Virus record (IMG/VR): IMGVR_UViG_3300032277_000035
Coordinates: 1-35,827 of that record
DNA from: a virus
Taxonomy: Duplodnaviria; Caudoviricetes
DNA length: 35,827 nucleotides
Reading direction: 5' to 3' (one strand)
Shown here: one piece after another, positions 9,057-19,659 of the stretch
How positions within the stretch are numbered: the first letter of the stretch is position 1
Layout: each line of letters opens with the position of its first letter
Program-made: the position numbers and the translations under genes
Notes under the pieces: model-generated
The model's database searches: none
What the model was told of the DNA's origin: nothing
The model's input: only the letters and a program-made list of their open reading frames with translations

Positions 9057-11327
9057 GTGAGCGCTTACATGCAAGAAGAAGAAACAAAACCCGCAAAGAA
9101 AGACCAGAATAAAGCTGATGTGAAGCTCATTAAGCTAGTCCGTGACCGTTATAAAGTCATGATTGAGGCTGACCGCGAAAACCGCGAGGAAGCTATGGAA
9201 GATATCAAGTTTGTTAGCGTTCCTGGCTATCAATGGGACGACAACATGAAACAAGAGCGAGGCGACCGACCTTGCTACGAATTTAATAAGCTACGAATAA
9301 ACGGCAAGAAAGTCATTAACGAGATACGCGCTAACCGTCCATCTGGAAAGGTTCGAGGCGTGGAAGGTGGTGACGTTAAGACAGCAGAAGTCATGGAGGG
9401 CATTATTCGCAATATCTGCAATTCCTCTGATATGGATACTATTGTTGATTATGCCGCTCAATACCAAGTTGACGGCGGTATGGGCGCATGGAGAATAACA
9501 ACAGACTATGCCGATCCAATGGCATTTAACCAAGATATTAAAATCGATGTTATCCATAATCCATTTTGTTTATATGCTGACCCATCAAGTAAAGACATTC
9601 TAAAGCGTGATGCGCAAGACTGGATTTATACCGAGCGCATCTCTAAGAAGTCCTTTGAAGATAAATATCCTAAAGCTGAAAAAGTCTCTTTTGAAAGCAC
9701 CCAATTTGATGATGACGACGATTGGGGCGATGATGAGACCGTTCGTATTGCTGAGTATTGGTATAAAGAGCAGGAAGAGCGTGAAATATGGCAGCTTAAG
9801 GATGGTAAAGTTATTGATTCAGACGCAAAAGGCAGTAAGGATTTAGATCAAGCACTCATCAAAAAACGTAGAAAGGTTAACTTCGATATTATTAAGTCAT
9901 GTATCGTTTCGGGAGACGCTGTATTAGAAAGGTCTGATTGGGCTGGTAGGTTATTCCCCTTTATTATCATTTATGGTGAATACATTGTTATTGATGGTAA
10001 AACCCAATGGTGTGGACTGCATCGCTATTCAAAGGACGCTCAAAGGTCTTACAACGTATCAAGAACATCAATTGACGAATCTATTGCAATGGCCCCACAG
10101 GCTAAGTTTTGGGCAACGCCTAAACAATCCGAAGGGCACACAGACTCATGGGCAGAAGCACACCGCAAGAACTTCCCATTCAGATTATACAATCCCGATC
10201 CAATAGCGCCCGGCGCACCACAAAGAAACCCCGGAGCAGATGTCCCCGCTGCTTTAATGCAACAAACTCAGCTTGCGTCGGGTGATATAGATGCCACACA
10301 AGGTATCTTTGGAGACGACCGAGGACAGAAAACACAAGCTCAATCAGGGGTCGCGGTAAGACAGAGAGAACAACAAGGCCGTATTGCGACGTTTAACTTC
10401 CCTGACAATATCGGTAAGGGTATCTTAAGAACGTGGGAAATATTAGTAGACTTAATCCCTAAGATTTACGATACAGAACGAGAAATGCGTATTTTAGGCA
10501 CGGACGGCTCAGAAGATTACGTAAAGATTAACTCAATGGTTCAGGACAAAGAAACGGGCGAAATGACCGCTTTGAATGACTTAAACCGTGGACGATATGA
10601 TGTAAATATTACCGTTGGACCTTCCTTCTCATCTAAACGTCAGGAAGCCGCTGAAATGTATACTCAGATGGGCAGCTCTAATCCTCAAATATGGGGAATT
10701 GCAGGCGATTTAATTATGAAGTCGATGGACTTACCGTATGCGGACGAAATAGCCGAGCGATGGAAGTCTATTTTACCGCCCGAAGTCCAGCAGAAAATGA
10801 GCGAAGGAAAGGACATCCCGCCAGAAGCGCAAGCGGCTATGGCGCAAGCTCAGCAAGCAATGCAGCAGGTTGAGATGATGATGCAGCAAGCTCAAGAGGC
10901 TATGCAACAAGCACAATCGGATAAATCAGAGGCTGAAGTGGATAAAGCGCAAGTCGATACTGCGATTGCCAATTTAAAAACAGAGCAAGCACGCTTTGAG
11001 ACTAAAGTTGCTCAAGAAATGGCGAAAATTGCACAAAAAGAATCCGCCTTTACTCAAAAAACCTCACAAGACACTTTAAATCAGTTTAACGAGCAAAAAG
11101 AAGAGTTCTTTGAGGCCGATAAACAGTTATTTACTGAACAAATGGCGCAGTCAGTCCAGTCTATTAATGAGATGGCGCAGGCGTTCGCAGAGCAAGCCGC
11201 CGAAGTCTTACAAGAAATTAAACCAGAGGCTAAAAGGAAATTACTACGAGTTGTTGCTAAACGTAAAAACGGACAACTTGAAGCAGTACCAGAGTATGAA
11301 GATCTACCTGTGGATTCACAGGGCTAA
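9057..11327 (+). CDS. P22-like portal protein
   Basis: G.QW....R..RPC..FNKL, KDAQR.YN, SGVAV..R..QG and GRYDV.I.VGPSF..KRQEA motifs, plus a long Q/A-rich C-terminal barrel coiled coil. Confidence 0.93.
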   Translation: MSAYMQEEETKPAKKDQNKADVKLIKLVRDRYKVMIEADRENREEAMEDIKFVSVPGYQWDDNMKQERGDRPCYEFNKLRINGKKVINEIRANRPSGKVRGVEGGDVKTAEVMEGIIRNICNSSDMDTIVDYAAQYQVDGGMGAWRITTDYADPMAFNQDIKIDVIHNPFCLYADPSSKDILKRDAQDWIYTERISKKSFEDKYPKAEKVSFESTQFDDDDDWGDDETVRIAEYWYKEQEEREIWQLKDGKVIDSDAKGSKDLDQALIKKRRKVNFDIIKSCIVSGDAVLERSDWAGRLFPFIIIYGEYIVIDGKTQWCGLHRYSKDAQRSYNVSRTSIDESIAMAPQAKFWATPKQSEGHTDSWAEAHRKNFPFRLYNPDPIAPGAPQRNPGADVPAALMQQTQLASGDIDATQGIFGDDRGQKTQAQSGVAVRQREQQGRIATFNFPDNIGKGILRTWEILVDLIPKIYDTEREMRILGTDGSEDYVKINSMVQDKETGEMTALNDLNRGRYDVNITVGPSFSSKRQEAAEMYTQMGSSNPQIWGIAGDLIMKSMDLPYADEIAERWKSILPPEVQQKMSEGKDIPPEAQAAMAQAQQAMQQVEMMMQQAQEAMQQAQSDKSEAEVDKAQVDTAIANLKTEQARFETKVAQEMAKIAQKESAFTQKTSQDTLNQFNEQKEEFFEADKQLFTEQMAQSVQSINEMAQAFAEQAAEVLQEIKPEAKRKLLRVVAKRKNGQLEAVPEYEDLPVDSQG

Positions 11328-11347
11328 AATTCGCTTAGAGGCGCAAA

Positions 11348-12130
11348 ATGACAGACGAAAACGATGCAGTAATTGAAGAGGTAATCGAGGAACCGATTGA
11401 ACCAGTAGAAGCAGTAGCCGAGCCGGTTGAAGAAGAAACTCCAGAGCCTACAGAATCATCACCTGTAAACAAGACACAAGAACGGATGGACGAATTAACG
11501 AGGTTTCGACGTGAAGCTGAAAGAGATAGAGATTATTGGCGTGATTTAGCGAATAAGGAGAAATCCGATGACGTTAAAGTTGAAAAACCTCAACCTCTTG
11601 AAGTTAAGACATTGGAAGACTTTGATTATGACGAAACTAAGTATCAGTCCTATATTTTTGATACAGCACGTACGCAAGCAGTAGAAGCCGCGAAACATGC
11701 TCTTCAAGAAGATAAGACAAATAATGATACTCAGGCGCGTCAAAAAGCATTTCAAACTAAAGAGACAGAGTATAGCAAGAGCGTTAAAGACTACATGGAT
11801 GTCACTCGTGACACTTCGTTGAGTCTGACTAAGGAGATGGTAGATATTGCCTCCTCCGCTGATGATGGCCCTGCATTACTTTATTATTTAGCGAAGAATC
11901 CTGATATTTCCGCCTCTATTGCACGCATGTCCTCTTTGGATGCAGCAAGGGAAATGGGAAGAATCGAAGCCACAAAGTTGACCAAAGAAACGAACGTTAC
12001 GTCCAAAGCACCGCCCCCTGCGAAAACAATCAAAGGTGGCGACCCAGTAATAGCGAAGACACCGGAGCAGATGTCTCAGAAAGAATTTAACGAGTATCGC
12101 CGGAAAGTGATAGCTAAACGAGGAAATTAA
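11348..12130 (+). CDS. Scaffolding protein
   Basis: Acidic N-terminus, Q.R.DELT..RREAER and GP.LLYYLAKNP...EMGRIEA motifs, located between portal and coat. Confidence 0.85.
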   Translation: MTDENDAVIEEVIEEPIEPVEAVAEPVEEETPEPTESSPVNKTQERMDELTRFRREAERDRDYWRDLANKEKSDDVKVEKPQPLEVKTLEDFDYDETKYQSYIFDTARTQAVEAAKHALQEDKTNNDTQARQKAFQTKETEYSKSVKDYMDVTRDTSLSLTKEMVDIASSADDGPALLYYLAKNPDISASIARMSSLDAAREMGRIEATKLTKETNVTSKAPPPAKTIKGGDPVIAKTPEQMSQKEFNEYRRKVIAKRGN

Positions 12131-12131
12131 A

Positions 12132-13349
12132 ATGGCAAATTCATTATCGATCACAGATCGAGTACTGAAAGAGGCTCAACGTATTGCACATGAGAAGCTT
12201 TCATTCATTGGGACGACTGATTTACAGTATGACGAGTCCTTTAAATACGATTCTATGCGCGGACCTAACGGCCAAAGCTTACGTGTTCGTGAACCCAACC
12301 AATATACGCGCCGTAAAGGTAGCCGTGTCATGGATGTTCAAGACCAAGAAGAATCAACACAAACTATCACTGTAGCAACTCAAGACGGTGTTGATATGCG
12401 CTTTAACTCGGCAGAGTTAATTCAATCAGTTAGTTCTGATGGTGCGTTTGATGCTTTAAGTAAAAAGTACATTGAACCTGCTGTTGCAGTATTGTGTTCG
12501 GGTATCGAGTCAGATTTCATCACTTACGCGACTAAGAAAACGTATAACGTTGCGGGTACTTCTGGCACGCCAGTTACGACTTTAGTCGCTCCCGGCGCAG
12601 CTCGTGCAAAGCTTAACCAAGGTTTAGCTCCTAAAGATGGAAACCGTTGCATTCAAATGGATTCTGTTACGATGGGCGGCCTTGTGAATGGCGTTGCGGC
12701 CTATTTTAATCCTAGCAAGGATATTAGTTCGCAGTTCCGTGAAGGTCTTGTAGCTCGTACGTCTATGGCTGATTACTATGAGAATGACCGCATGTACTCT
12801 CATGCTAATAGCTCAGATGTAACAGGCTTAGCGATTAACCAAGCTAGCTTTGTAAATGGCTTATCGACTTTAACTATTGATGGTGCATCTGTTGCGCCTA
12901 CAGTTGGCTCAGTGTTTACTATCGACTCCGTGTTTGCGGTTCATCCGGAAACTAAGGTCGCTTACAGCCATTTACAACAGTTCGTTGTTACGGATACGGT
13001 CACTCCAACAACTACAAGCATTAGCATCTCCCCAGCTATCTACTGGACAGGCGCTAAGCAGAATGTAAGCGCGTCCCCTGCTGATAACGATGCTTTTGTA
13101 TTTGTTGGCGCAGCGACGACTTCGATTGTTCAGAACTTGATGTATCATAAAGAAGCATTCCAGTTTGTTACTGCTGATTTGCCTATTATGGATGATGCTC
13201 ACAAATCTGCTCGCTCGGTTAATGAAGGCATGAGTATGCGTATTTGGCAGGGTTCTGATATTCGTAACGATGAGCTATTGATGCGTATTGACATACTTTA
13301 CGGTATGGCTGCACTTCGTCCTGCATGGGCTTCACGGGTAACTAACTAG
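12132..13349 (+). CDS. Major capsid protein (P22 coat-like)
   Basis: MANSL..., YD..F...G.SLRVR.P, YHKEAF, RIDILYG...LRP.WA motifs. Position after scaffold. Confidence 0.93.
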   Translation: MANSLSITDRVLKEAQRIAHEKLSFIGTTDLQYDESFKYDSMRGPNGQSLRVREPNQYTRRKGSRVMDVQDQEESTQTITVATQDGVDMRFNSAELIQSVSSDGAFDALSKKYIEPAVAVLCSGIESDFITYATKKTYNVAGTSGTPVTTLVAPGAARAKLNQGLAPKDGNRCIQMDSVTMGGLVNGVAAYFNPSKDISSQFREGLVARTSMADYYENDRMYSHANSSDVTGLAINQASFVNGLSTLTIDGASVAPTVGSVFTIDSVFAVHPETKVAYSHLQQFVVTDTVTPTTTSISISPAIYWTGAKQNVSASPADNDAFVFVGAATTSIVQNLMYHKEAFQFVTADLPIMDDAHKSARSVNEGMSMRIWQGSDIRNDELLMRIDILYGMAALRPAWASRVTN

Positions 13350-13359
13350 GAGAATTAAA

Positions 13360-13560
13360 ATGACTGAACAAGTAACCTATAACAGTCCTGATGGGGCGCA
13401 AATGGGAAAATCAGCTACAGAAAAGGTCGGGTTTTACGGCGCGACTCCAGTAGTTCAACCAGCACCAGCGGTGGCAGTGGGCACAGATTTAGCTAGTGTT
13501 ATACTGGAACTTGCAGACCTGAGAGCGCAGTTAGTTGCTCTCGGTTTAATTGCATCGTAA
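13360..13560 (+). CDS. Putative head-associated/decoration protein
   Basis: KVGFYGATPVVQPA...LVALGLIA, strong RBS, co-terminated with the coat gene. Confidence 0.6.
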   Translation: MTEQVTYNSPDGAQMGKSATEKVGFYGATPVVQPAPAVAVGTDLASVILELADLRAQLVALGLIAS

Positions 13561-13567
13561 TAGGATT

Positions 13568-13592
13568 AGACCCTCGAAAGGGGGTCTTTTTT
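13568..13592 (+). terminator. Rho-independent terminator after capsid genes
   Basis: AGACCCTC-GAAA-GGGGGTCT followed by TTTTT. Confidence 0.85.
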
Positions 13593-13603
13593 AAGGAGAT
13601 AAA

Positions 13604-13783
13604 ATGCCAATATTAATGGAACACAAAAAACACGGTCTGCATCATGTTTATTCAGAAGCTGACGCAGTAACACATGAAAAAATAGGCTGGAAGCGAGTTA
13701 TTAAAGACGTTATTCCAGAAGTAAAAGAAGAAATAAAGAAAGAAGTTAAAGCACCTATAAAGGCCAAGAAAAAGGGCAAGTAG
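13604..13783 (+). CDS. Small protein with Lys-rich tail (59 aa; not in ORF track)
   Basis: AAGGAG RBS. MPILMEHKKHGLHHVYSEADAVTHEKIGWKRV...KAPIKAKKKGK*. Stop abuts the ATG at 13784. Confidence 0.8.
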   Translation: MPILMEHKKHGLHHVYSEADAVTHEKIGWKRVIKDVIPEVKEEIKKEVKAPIKAKKKGK

Positions 13784-14194
13784 ATGACAACTAATACTGT
13801 TCTAATTACTAATGCATTAGGTGAGGCTCAAATTGTTGCTGATGGTCAGACGGCCTCCGCAAGTGAGTTAGCCGATGGATTAATTGAGCTTAATAACATG
13901 ATGGCGATGTGGGCGGCGTTTGATAAGGATATAGGCTATTTCCCACAAGATACTGGCTCAGATAAATGCCCTATCCCTATCTGGTCAGAACAAGCTGTAC
14001 AGGCTAATCTAGTTGTTAATTTATGCGCCATATTTAAAGTCCCTGTCTCGCAAGAAACAGCAAAAAGAGCCATTGAAGGTGCTAACTTTATTGCGGTGAA
14101 ATGCATTAATAATAAATTAGAAGGCGCCAACATGGATACTATGCCGTTAGGCTCAAATTCAGTGCGTCGAAATATATTAACGGATAGTTATTAA
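13784..14194 (+). CDS. Head-tail adaptor (P22 gp4-like)
   Basis: LI..AL......GQ..S...LADGL..LN.M...W...NL...L motif and position. Confidence 0.75.
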   Translation: MTTNTVLITNALGEAQIVADGQTASASELADGLIELNNMMAMWAAFDKDIGYFPQDTGSDKCPIPIWSEQAVQANLVVNLCAIFKVPVSQETAKRAIEGANFIAVKCINNKLEGANMDTMPLGSNSVRRNILTDSY

Positions 14195-16215
14195 TGGGTA
14201 TCAAACGACAATCCGCCGGTAAATGGCAGGTATTCTCTGAGACTGGCGTTGGTGCAGGATATAAACTCAATACTTACACACCCGGAACCACGGACAACAA
14301 GCTAACTTATACCAATAAAGATGGCTCAGCGAATAACGCGAATCCTGTTATTTTCGACTCTAGAGGTGAAGCGGATATATGGTTTGATGGAACCTACGAC
14401 TTAAGGTTAGTAGACGCTAACGATACGTTAATCTGGACGCTCTCAGACTTTGGTGCTGGTGAAGGTCAAGTTAACTACGGCAATTATAATCTCGTTAACG
14501 ATGGTGGATTTGAGGATGATACTAATGGCGATAACTTACCCGACCAGTGGGATGTGACCGCTTATCCAACCGCCGGAGCAGGTGCTGGCGTAGTAGTAAT
14601 AGACACAACTGACCAGATTGAAGGGGCGCAAAGCCTTAAATTCACTTCTGTTGGTGATGGTGGCGGCTATGCGGTCTCCAATTTTTTTGAAGCAAGAGAA
14701 GGTGGTCAAGTCGCGGCTATTTGGATGATGAAATCGACTGATGCAGCAGTCCGTAATGTCGTAGAAGTTATTTGGTACACCGCTGCACAAGTTCAAATTT
14801 CTACCTCAAGTCTTTATGACGACTCAGCAACGAATCCGACAGGATGGACGCAGAAAAGCGGTGTAGCAACCGCTGTGACAAATGCACGCTATGCAAAATT
14901 AAGAATCTACGGCTGCCACTCATCCGATGCGACAACCGGAGACACTTGGTTTGATGATGTTCGGGCGGTTTCTGACACGGTTTTTGGTGATTTAACCATT
15001 GTTAACGATATGACAGTGGGGAATGATTTAACGGTGTCAGGTGATTTAAACGCCGCCGGTACGCTTAGCATTTTAGGCGTTCAAGTTACAGCAACATCAG
15101 CAGAAATAAATATTCTCGATGGAGCGACTTTAGACGTAACAGAATTAAATTATGTTGATGGCGTAACCTCCTCCATTCAAACGCAAATAGACTCAAAAGC
15201 AGGTAACGGAGCAAATAGTGATATTACCTCTATTACTGGCCTAACAACAGATTTAGCAGTAATTCATGGCGGAACAGGGTCAAGTACAGCATCAGGCGCT
15301 AGGTCTAACTTAGGGTTAGGCACTTTAGCCACTCTATCCTCTGTTGCACAGGCGCAGATAGATGCAGACTCAGTAGGTCAGTCTGAGATTAAAGAAACCA
15401 ACCAAGATGTGAGTGTTGCAGTCTCAGGTGGAGTAATTGACACCCTATTAACCTCTCCGCAGCATAATTTTTTTAGTTACTATTTAAGGGCAAGCTCAGC
15501 AAACGGGACTGCTTCAGATGCAGGATTAATAGTAATAAGCGCTGGAGCTGTTAATGCTACATTTGTCCCAAGAGCCTATATAAGAATAGGTGAAGACACG
15601 GGCATAGCTAAAACTATGTACGGTAGAACTTACTATATAAATTCATCACCACCTTATTACTCTAATGACGGTCAAATATTGTTATTTACTTTTGGCATTG
15701 TTGATAATACAACCGGCAAGCTACTTGCTTTAGCCTCATCTATTGACCCACCTTGGATGTATAACGGTTCTACAAATACCGTAGCCGATGCAAAAGGTGA
15801 GAATGGTGAGTATTACATTAAAAAACGCTTACTTGAGGTAGAGATACCTAACTGGCGAGAAATGCAGGTAAATGGCTCTTTATCTAATCGTAAAATGATA
15901 AGCCGTCGATTAAAAACGGATGAATTTACTTATATTGAAGTCGATCAAACAATAAAAAATGCAGACATGAATGAAATCCCTCATCCATTTGAAAATAACG
16001 ACTTAACAGGAAAAACGGTTGTTTATTTAGATCCCGTTTCTAAAGTAACAGAAGATTTATATAACCATCACATTTTAGCTAAAACCAATGCCTCTGCTCC
16101 CTCTGCATTAGAGCTTATTCATGATGGGTATATCACCATTGGTACTGACGATTTAAATCGTGATAAGCCATCGGGCTTAAAATGTGTTTCTTTGAAATGG
16201 AAGAATAATGCGTAA
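14194..16215 (+). CDS. Tail fibre/tailspike with carbohydrate-binding-like domain
   Basis: N-terminal TY.PGT...TY...G...NPVIFDSRGEA particle-binding domain, NLVNDGGFE CBM-like domain, ELNYVDGVTSSIQTQ and GGTGSSTASGARSNLGLG fibre motifs. Confidence 0.8.
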   Translation: MGIKRQSAGKWQVFSETGVGAGYKLNTYTPGTTDNKLTYTNKDGSANNANPVIFDSRGEADIWFDGTYDLRLVDANDTLIWTLSDFGAGEGQVNYGNYNLVNDGGFEDDTNGDNLPDQWDVTAYPTAGAGAGVVVIDTTDQIEGAQSLKFTSVGDGGGYAVSNFFEAREGGQVAAIWMMKSTDAAVRNVVEVIWYTAAQVQISTSSLYDDSATNPTGWTQKSGVATAVTNARYAKLRIYGCHSSDATTGDTWFDDVRAVSDTVFGDLTIVNDMTVGNDLTVSGDLNAAGTLSILGVQVTATSAEINILDGATLDVTELNYVDGVTSSIQTQIDSKAGNGANSDITSITGLTTDLAVIHGGTGSSTASGARSNLGLGTLATLSSVAQAQIDADSVGQSEIKETNQDVSVAVSGGVIDTLLTSPQHNFFSYYLRASSANGTASDAGLIVISAGAVNATFVPRAYIRIGEDTGIAKTMYGRTYYINSSPPYYSNDGQILLFTFGIVDNTTGKLLALASSIDPPWMYNGSTNTVADAKGENGEYYIKKRLLEVEIPNWREMQVNGSLSNRKMISRRLKTDEFTYIEVDQTIKNADMNEIPHPFENNDLTGKTVVYLDPVSKVTEDLYNHHILAKTNASAPSALELIHDGYITIGTDDLNRDKPSGLKCVSLKWKNNA

Positions 16216-17611
16216 AGCCATACCTCTACTAGGAGAACAATCTACCTCAAGAGTGGCGAAGGTTAACGATCAACAAACTATTAATCTTTACCCGCAAGCT
16301 GAGAGTCCATCCGCTAAAAGTACCATTACTTTATTATCCACACCGGGTTTAAGTAAAATCACCACTATAGGCACTGGTCCAGCAAGAGCGAATCCCGTCC
16401 GATGGAAGGGTGATTTATACGGAGTATCGGGCAGCTCAGTGTGGAAAATGAACACCGCTGACACTGTCACCATTGTCGGCACACTTAACACCTCTTCAGG
16501 GTGGTGCATGCTGGCTGGAGGGCGTACTAATTTAGGTCTAGTTGATAGTACAAACGGATATTACACAGACGGCACAACAACCACACAGATTGCCGATGCT
16601 GACTTTCCCAATGGCGCGACACATATAAATTATCTCGATGGGCGTTTTATTTGCGCCGATATTAATACTGACCAATTTTACATTTCAGCCGATGAAGATA
16701 TTACATCGTGGGCGGCGTTAGACTTTGCTAGCGCAGAATCTAATCCTGATGATATTCTAGCTCATATCACTAATGAGAAAGACTTGTACTTAGCAGGCAG
16801 CGAAACGATGCAGGTTTTTTATAATTCAGGCAACGCTGACTTTCCTTTCAGCCCTTATCCGAATGTTATAGAGTATGGGATACAGTCGAAGCACTCACTA
16901 ACTAAGGATGAATCTGGCCTTTATATGCTAGCCATTAAACCCGGTGGCGGTATTGCTGTTGTTAAAATAACCGGATTTCAAGGCTCGCAATTATCCTCAC
17001 AGGATGAGACTTGGACTATTAACCAACTCACTATTACAAGTGATGCGATTGGCGGTCTTTATGACATGAAAGGCCAGAGTTATTATATTTTGAATTTCCC
17101 ATCGGAAGACTTAACCTTTGCTTTCAACACTCAGACAGGTCTTACTCACCGATTAAAGTCTTTCGGTTTAGGGCGGCACTTAGGTTTAGGTTATGGCTCA
17201 CTAGGTAATAGGCAGTTTGTAGGAGATTATAATAACGCTAAACTGTATGAGCTATCATTCACTAAATACACCGATGATGGGGGTGTTATAGAGCGATACC
17301 GTAGGTCTATGATTATTCACACTAATAATCAGCGGGTTCAGTATATTCAAGTCGTTATCGACGTTAAAACAGGTGTAGGTAATGGTGATGAAGCCGCTCC
17401 GGTGATGGAATTACGCTGGTCAGATGACGGTGGTGAGTCTTGGTCATCATGGATAAGTAAAAGTCTTGGCGCAACAGGTGTTCCGTCGACTCGCTGTATA
17501 TGGAACCGACTCGGAACATCAAGGGGGCGTACGTTTGAGTTTAGATGTACCGACCCTGTGGAATTCCAAGTGATTGATGCATTTGCAACCGTCGAGGTAT
17601 TATCAGATTGA
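16208..17611 (+). CDS. Tail hub / DNA stabilisation protein (P22 gp10-like)
   Basis: INLYP, TPGL, FASAESNPD and LRWSDDGG.SWS...W.RLG..R.R.F motifs. Confidence 0.88.
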   Translation: MRKAIPLLGEQSTSRVAKVNDQQTINLYPQAESPSAKSTITLLSTPGLSKITTIGTGPARANPVRWKGDLYGVSGSSVWKMNTADTVTIVGTLNTSSGWCMLAGGRTNLGLVDSTNGYYTDGTTTTQIADADFPNGATHINYLDGRFICADINTDQFYISADEDITSWAALDFASAESNPDDILAHITNEKDLYLAGSETMQVFYNSGNADFPFSPYPNVIEYGIQSKHSLTKDESGLYMLAIKPGGGIAVVKITGFQGSQLSSQDETWTINQLTITSDAIGGLYDMKGQSYYILNFPSEDLTFAFNTQTGLTHRLKSFGLGRHLGLGYGSLGNRQFVGDYNNAKLYELSFTKYTDDGGVIERYRRSMIIHTNNQRVQYIQVVIDVKTGVGNGDEAAPVMELRWSDDGGESWSSWISKSLGATGVPSTRCIWNRLGTSRGRTFEFRCTDPVEFQVIDAFATVEVLSD

Positions 17612-17967
17612 ACGAGAAAGGCATAGCGCCGCCAAAAGGGTTAGAAATCGACCCTATAAAAGCCCCTTTCTTTTTAAAGTGGCTGAATAATTTATATGCC
17701 GTTTTCCCAAAAACACAGACATTTTCAACAACCATCGACCCTACGTTAGTAAGTGCTAACTCCGAGTCAACGCAAACATTTACGGTGGCAGGATTATCTA
17801 CAAGTGATATACTTACCGTAAATAAACCTAGTCGGACGACAGGGTTGGATATTGTACAAGCATGGGCTTCAGCGGTGGATACCGTTTCGATTACCTACCA
17901 AAATACAACAGGGTCAGGCATTAATGCAGGCTCAGAAACTTATCTAATACTGGCGACTCGATTATGA
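17608..17967 (+). CDS. Small tail-associated structural protein
   Basis: 119 aa, Thr/Ser-rich beta protein coupled to the gp10-like gene. Confidence 0.6.
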   Translation: MNEKGIAPPKGLEIDPIKAPFFLKWLNNLYAVFPKTQTFSTTIDPTLVSANSESTQTFTVAGLSTSDILTVNKPSRTTGLDIVQAWASAVDTVSITYQNTTGSGINAGSETYLILATRL

Positions 17968-18842
17968 ATGAAATATCCGCTTTAAATGAAATGATTGAAA
18001 CTGGAGGACATACTCTTACCAGTGAAGACAGCATTCTAAATATTGTCGGAGATATGTTAGGCATGGAGCAAGCAGATTGCCCTGTAACGCATCATTTTGG
18101 CGCAGGTGTTTATATGCGTGAAATAAACATTGGCGCAGGTATATTCTCTATTGGCCATTATCAGAAAAAAGAGCATTTAAACTTCATGGCAGAAGGTGAG
18201 GTACTGATGTTTCTTGATGACGGCTCGGTTGAGCGAGTCACAGCCCCCCGAATCTTCACTAGTCAACCCGGTCGCAAAGTCGGATTAATCATCGAGGATA
18301 TGAAGTGGTTTAATATTTACCCTACTAATGAGACTGATATAGATGTATTAGAAAGCACTTATTTAGATAAAGCCGATATATGGGGAGATTCTGATTATAT
18401 TAATAAAAAACTCGATTATCTGGTAAAACATAAAGATCGTGAAGACTTTGACGTTATGTTAAAAGATTTGGGTGTAACGGCCGAACAGGTACGCATGGAA
18501 TCGGAAATAGAAGAGGATATAATCCCTTTCCCTTTAGGGAGCTTTAAGGTACAAGTTTCAAGTTCTCAAATAGAGGGTAAAGGATTGTTTGCCACATCAA
18601 ATATCAAACAAGGTGATTTAGTTGCCCCAGCTAGTCTTAATGGGAAACGAACCCCTGCTGGCCGATTTACCAATCATTCCCCTACCCCTAACGCTGAATT
18701 TGTCTTATTGGCTAATAACGACATTGTTTTAGCTGCGCTAATTGATATAGAAGGATGCAAGGGTGGTGAATTAGGTGAGGAAATCACAATAAACTATCGT
18801 CAAGCTTATAATTTAAGAGGTGATGCATGTCATCAGCAATAA
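17964..18842 (+). CDS. Cupin-like domain fused to SET-domain methyltransferase
   Basis: C-terminal SET motifs S.IEGKGLFA, RFTNHS..PN and GEEITINY. N-terminal HHFGAGVYMREI...GH..K.EHLN cupin-like domain. Confidence 0.85.
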   Translation: MNEISALNEMIETGGHTLTSEDSILNIVGDMLGMEQADCPVTHHFGAGVYMREINIGAGIFSIGHYQKKEHLNFMAEGEVLMFLDDGSVERVTAPRIFTSQPGRKVGLIIEDMKWFNIYPTNETDIDVLESTYLDKADIWGDSDYINKKLDYLVKHKDREDFDVMLKDLGVTAEQVRMESEIEEDIIPFPLGSFKVQVSSSQIEGKGLFATSNIKQGDLVAPASLNGKRTPAGRFTNHSPTPNAEFVLLANNDIVLAALIDIEGCKGGELGEEITINYRQAYNLRGDACHQQ

Positions 18843-19648
18843 CCGCAGTAGCCGTAGGGAGCTATCTATCAAACCGTTCTGCAAGACAGCAACAAGAAGC
18901 CGCAGACGAGGCGCAGGCTCGTGCTTTAGGATTCCAAGATGCCGCTAGTCGTAGGTCTTTAGAGCAACAACAGGCACAATACGACCAAACTCGTGAAGAT
19001 ACGCGAGTTCAGCGTGAAGTAGGCGACGAAGCTTTGAATTACTTGTCAGGCGCACTACAACCCGGTGGAGAGTATTCCCCTCAACCTTTTGAGATGGGTG
19101 ACTTTACGGCCGACCCCGGCTATCAATTCAGATTCGACCAAGGCGAACAAGCTGGACAAAACGCTTTAAGCGCAGGCGGGATGAAATTATCAGGCCGCGC
19201 CGCTAAAGAATTAACCCGATACGGACAAGGTTTCGCCTCAAATGAATATGGTAATGTCTATAATCGTAAGTTTGGCGAATTTAACCAAAACGAAGCAAAT
19301 AAACAAAACTATCTATCACGACAAATGCAGCTTGCGGGTTACGGTAGCCAAGGCATTAATACCGCCGCTGGTGCTGGTGCGAATCAAGCTAATCAGAATC
19401 AGGCTAATTACATAAACACTGGTGCGAATCAGGCCAACATTGCGAATCAATACGGCGCAGATACGGCGAATATTTCTGGGCAGAACTATCAGAATCAAAA
19501 TACTGCGATTCAGGGTGGAATACAGAATTACTTAGCCTTGCAACAAGCCCAGAGACAGCGTAGTTTATTTAATCAGCAGCAAGCACCAATAAGGCAGCCA
19601 TCGACAACATCTTCCAATAATTCATATTGGTTGTCACAAACTAACTAA
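18827..19648 (+). CDS. DNA ejection/transfer protein (gp7-like)
   Basis: DPGYQFR..QG....SA.G..LSG.A.K.L..YGQG.AS.EY motif, Q/N/A-rich. Confidence 0.8.
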   Translation: MSSAITAVAVGSYLSNRSARQQQEAADEAQARALGFQDAASRRSLEQQQAQYDQTREDTRVQREVGDEALNYLSGALQPGGEYSPQPFEMGDFTADPGYQFRFDQGEQAGQNALSAGGMKLSGRAAKELTRYGQGFASNEYGNVYNRKFGEFNQNEANKQNYLSRQMQLAGYGSQGINTAAGAGANQANQNQANYINTGANQANIANQYGADTANISGQNYQNQNTAIQGGIQNYLALQQAQRQRSLFNQQQAPIRQPSTTSSNNSYWLSQTN

Positions 19649-19659
19649 GGTAGATACTA

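Noticed and set aside
13347-13360. Readthrough or frameshift fusion of coat and downstream head protein
   Set aside because: The genes are out of frame, the second has its own RBS, and I see no slippery sequence.
14194-16215. Diversity-generating retroelement targeting the tail fibre
   Set aside because: No reverse transcriptase, and I saw no template/variable repeat pair.
16334-16342. Perfect DnaA box TTATCCACA
   Set aside because: Single copy inside the gp10-like CDS with no supporting context, compatible with chance.
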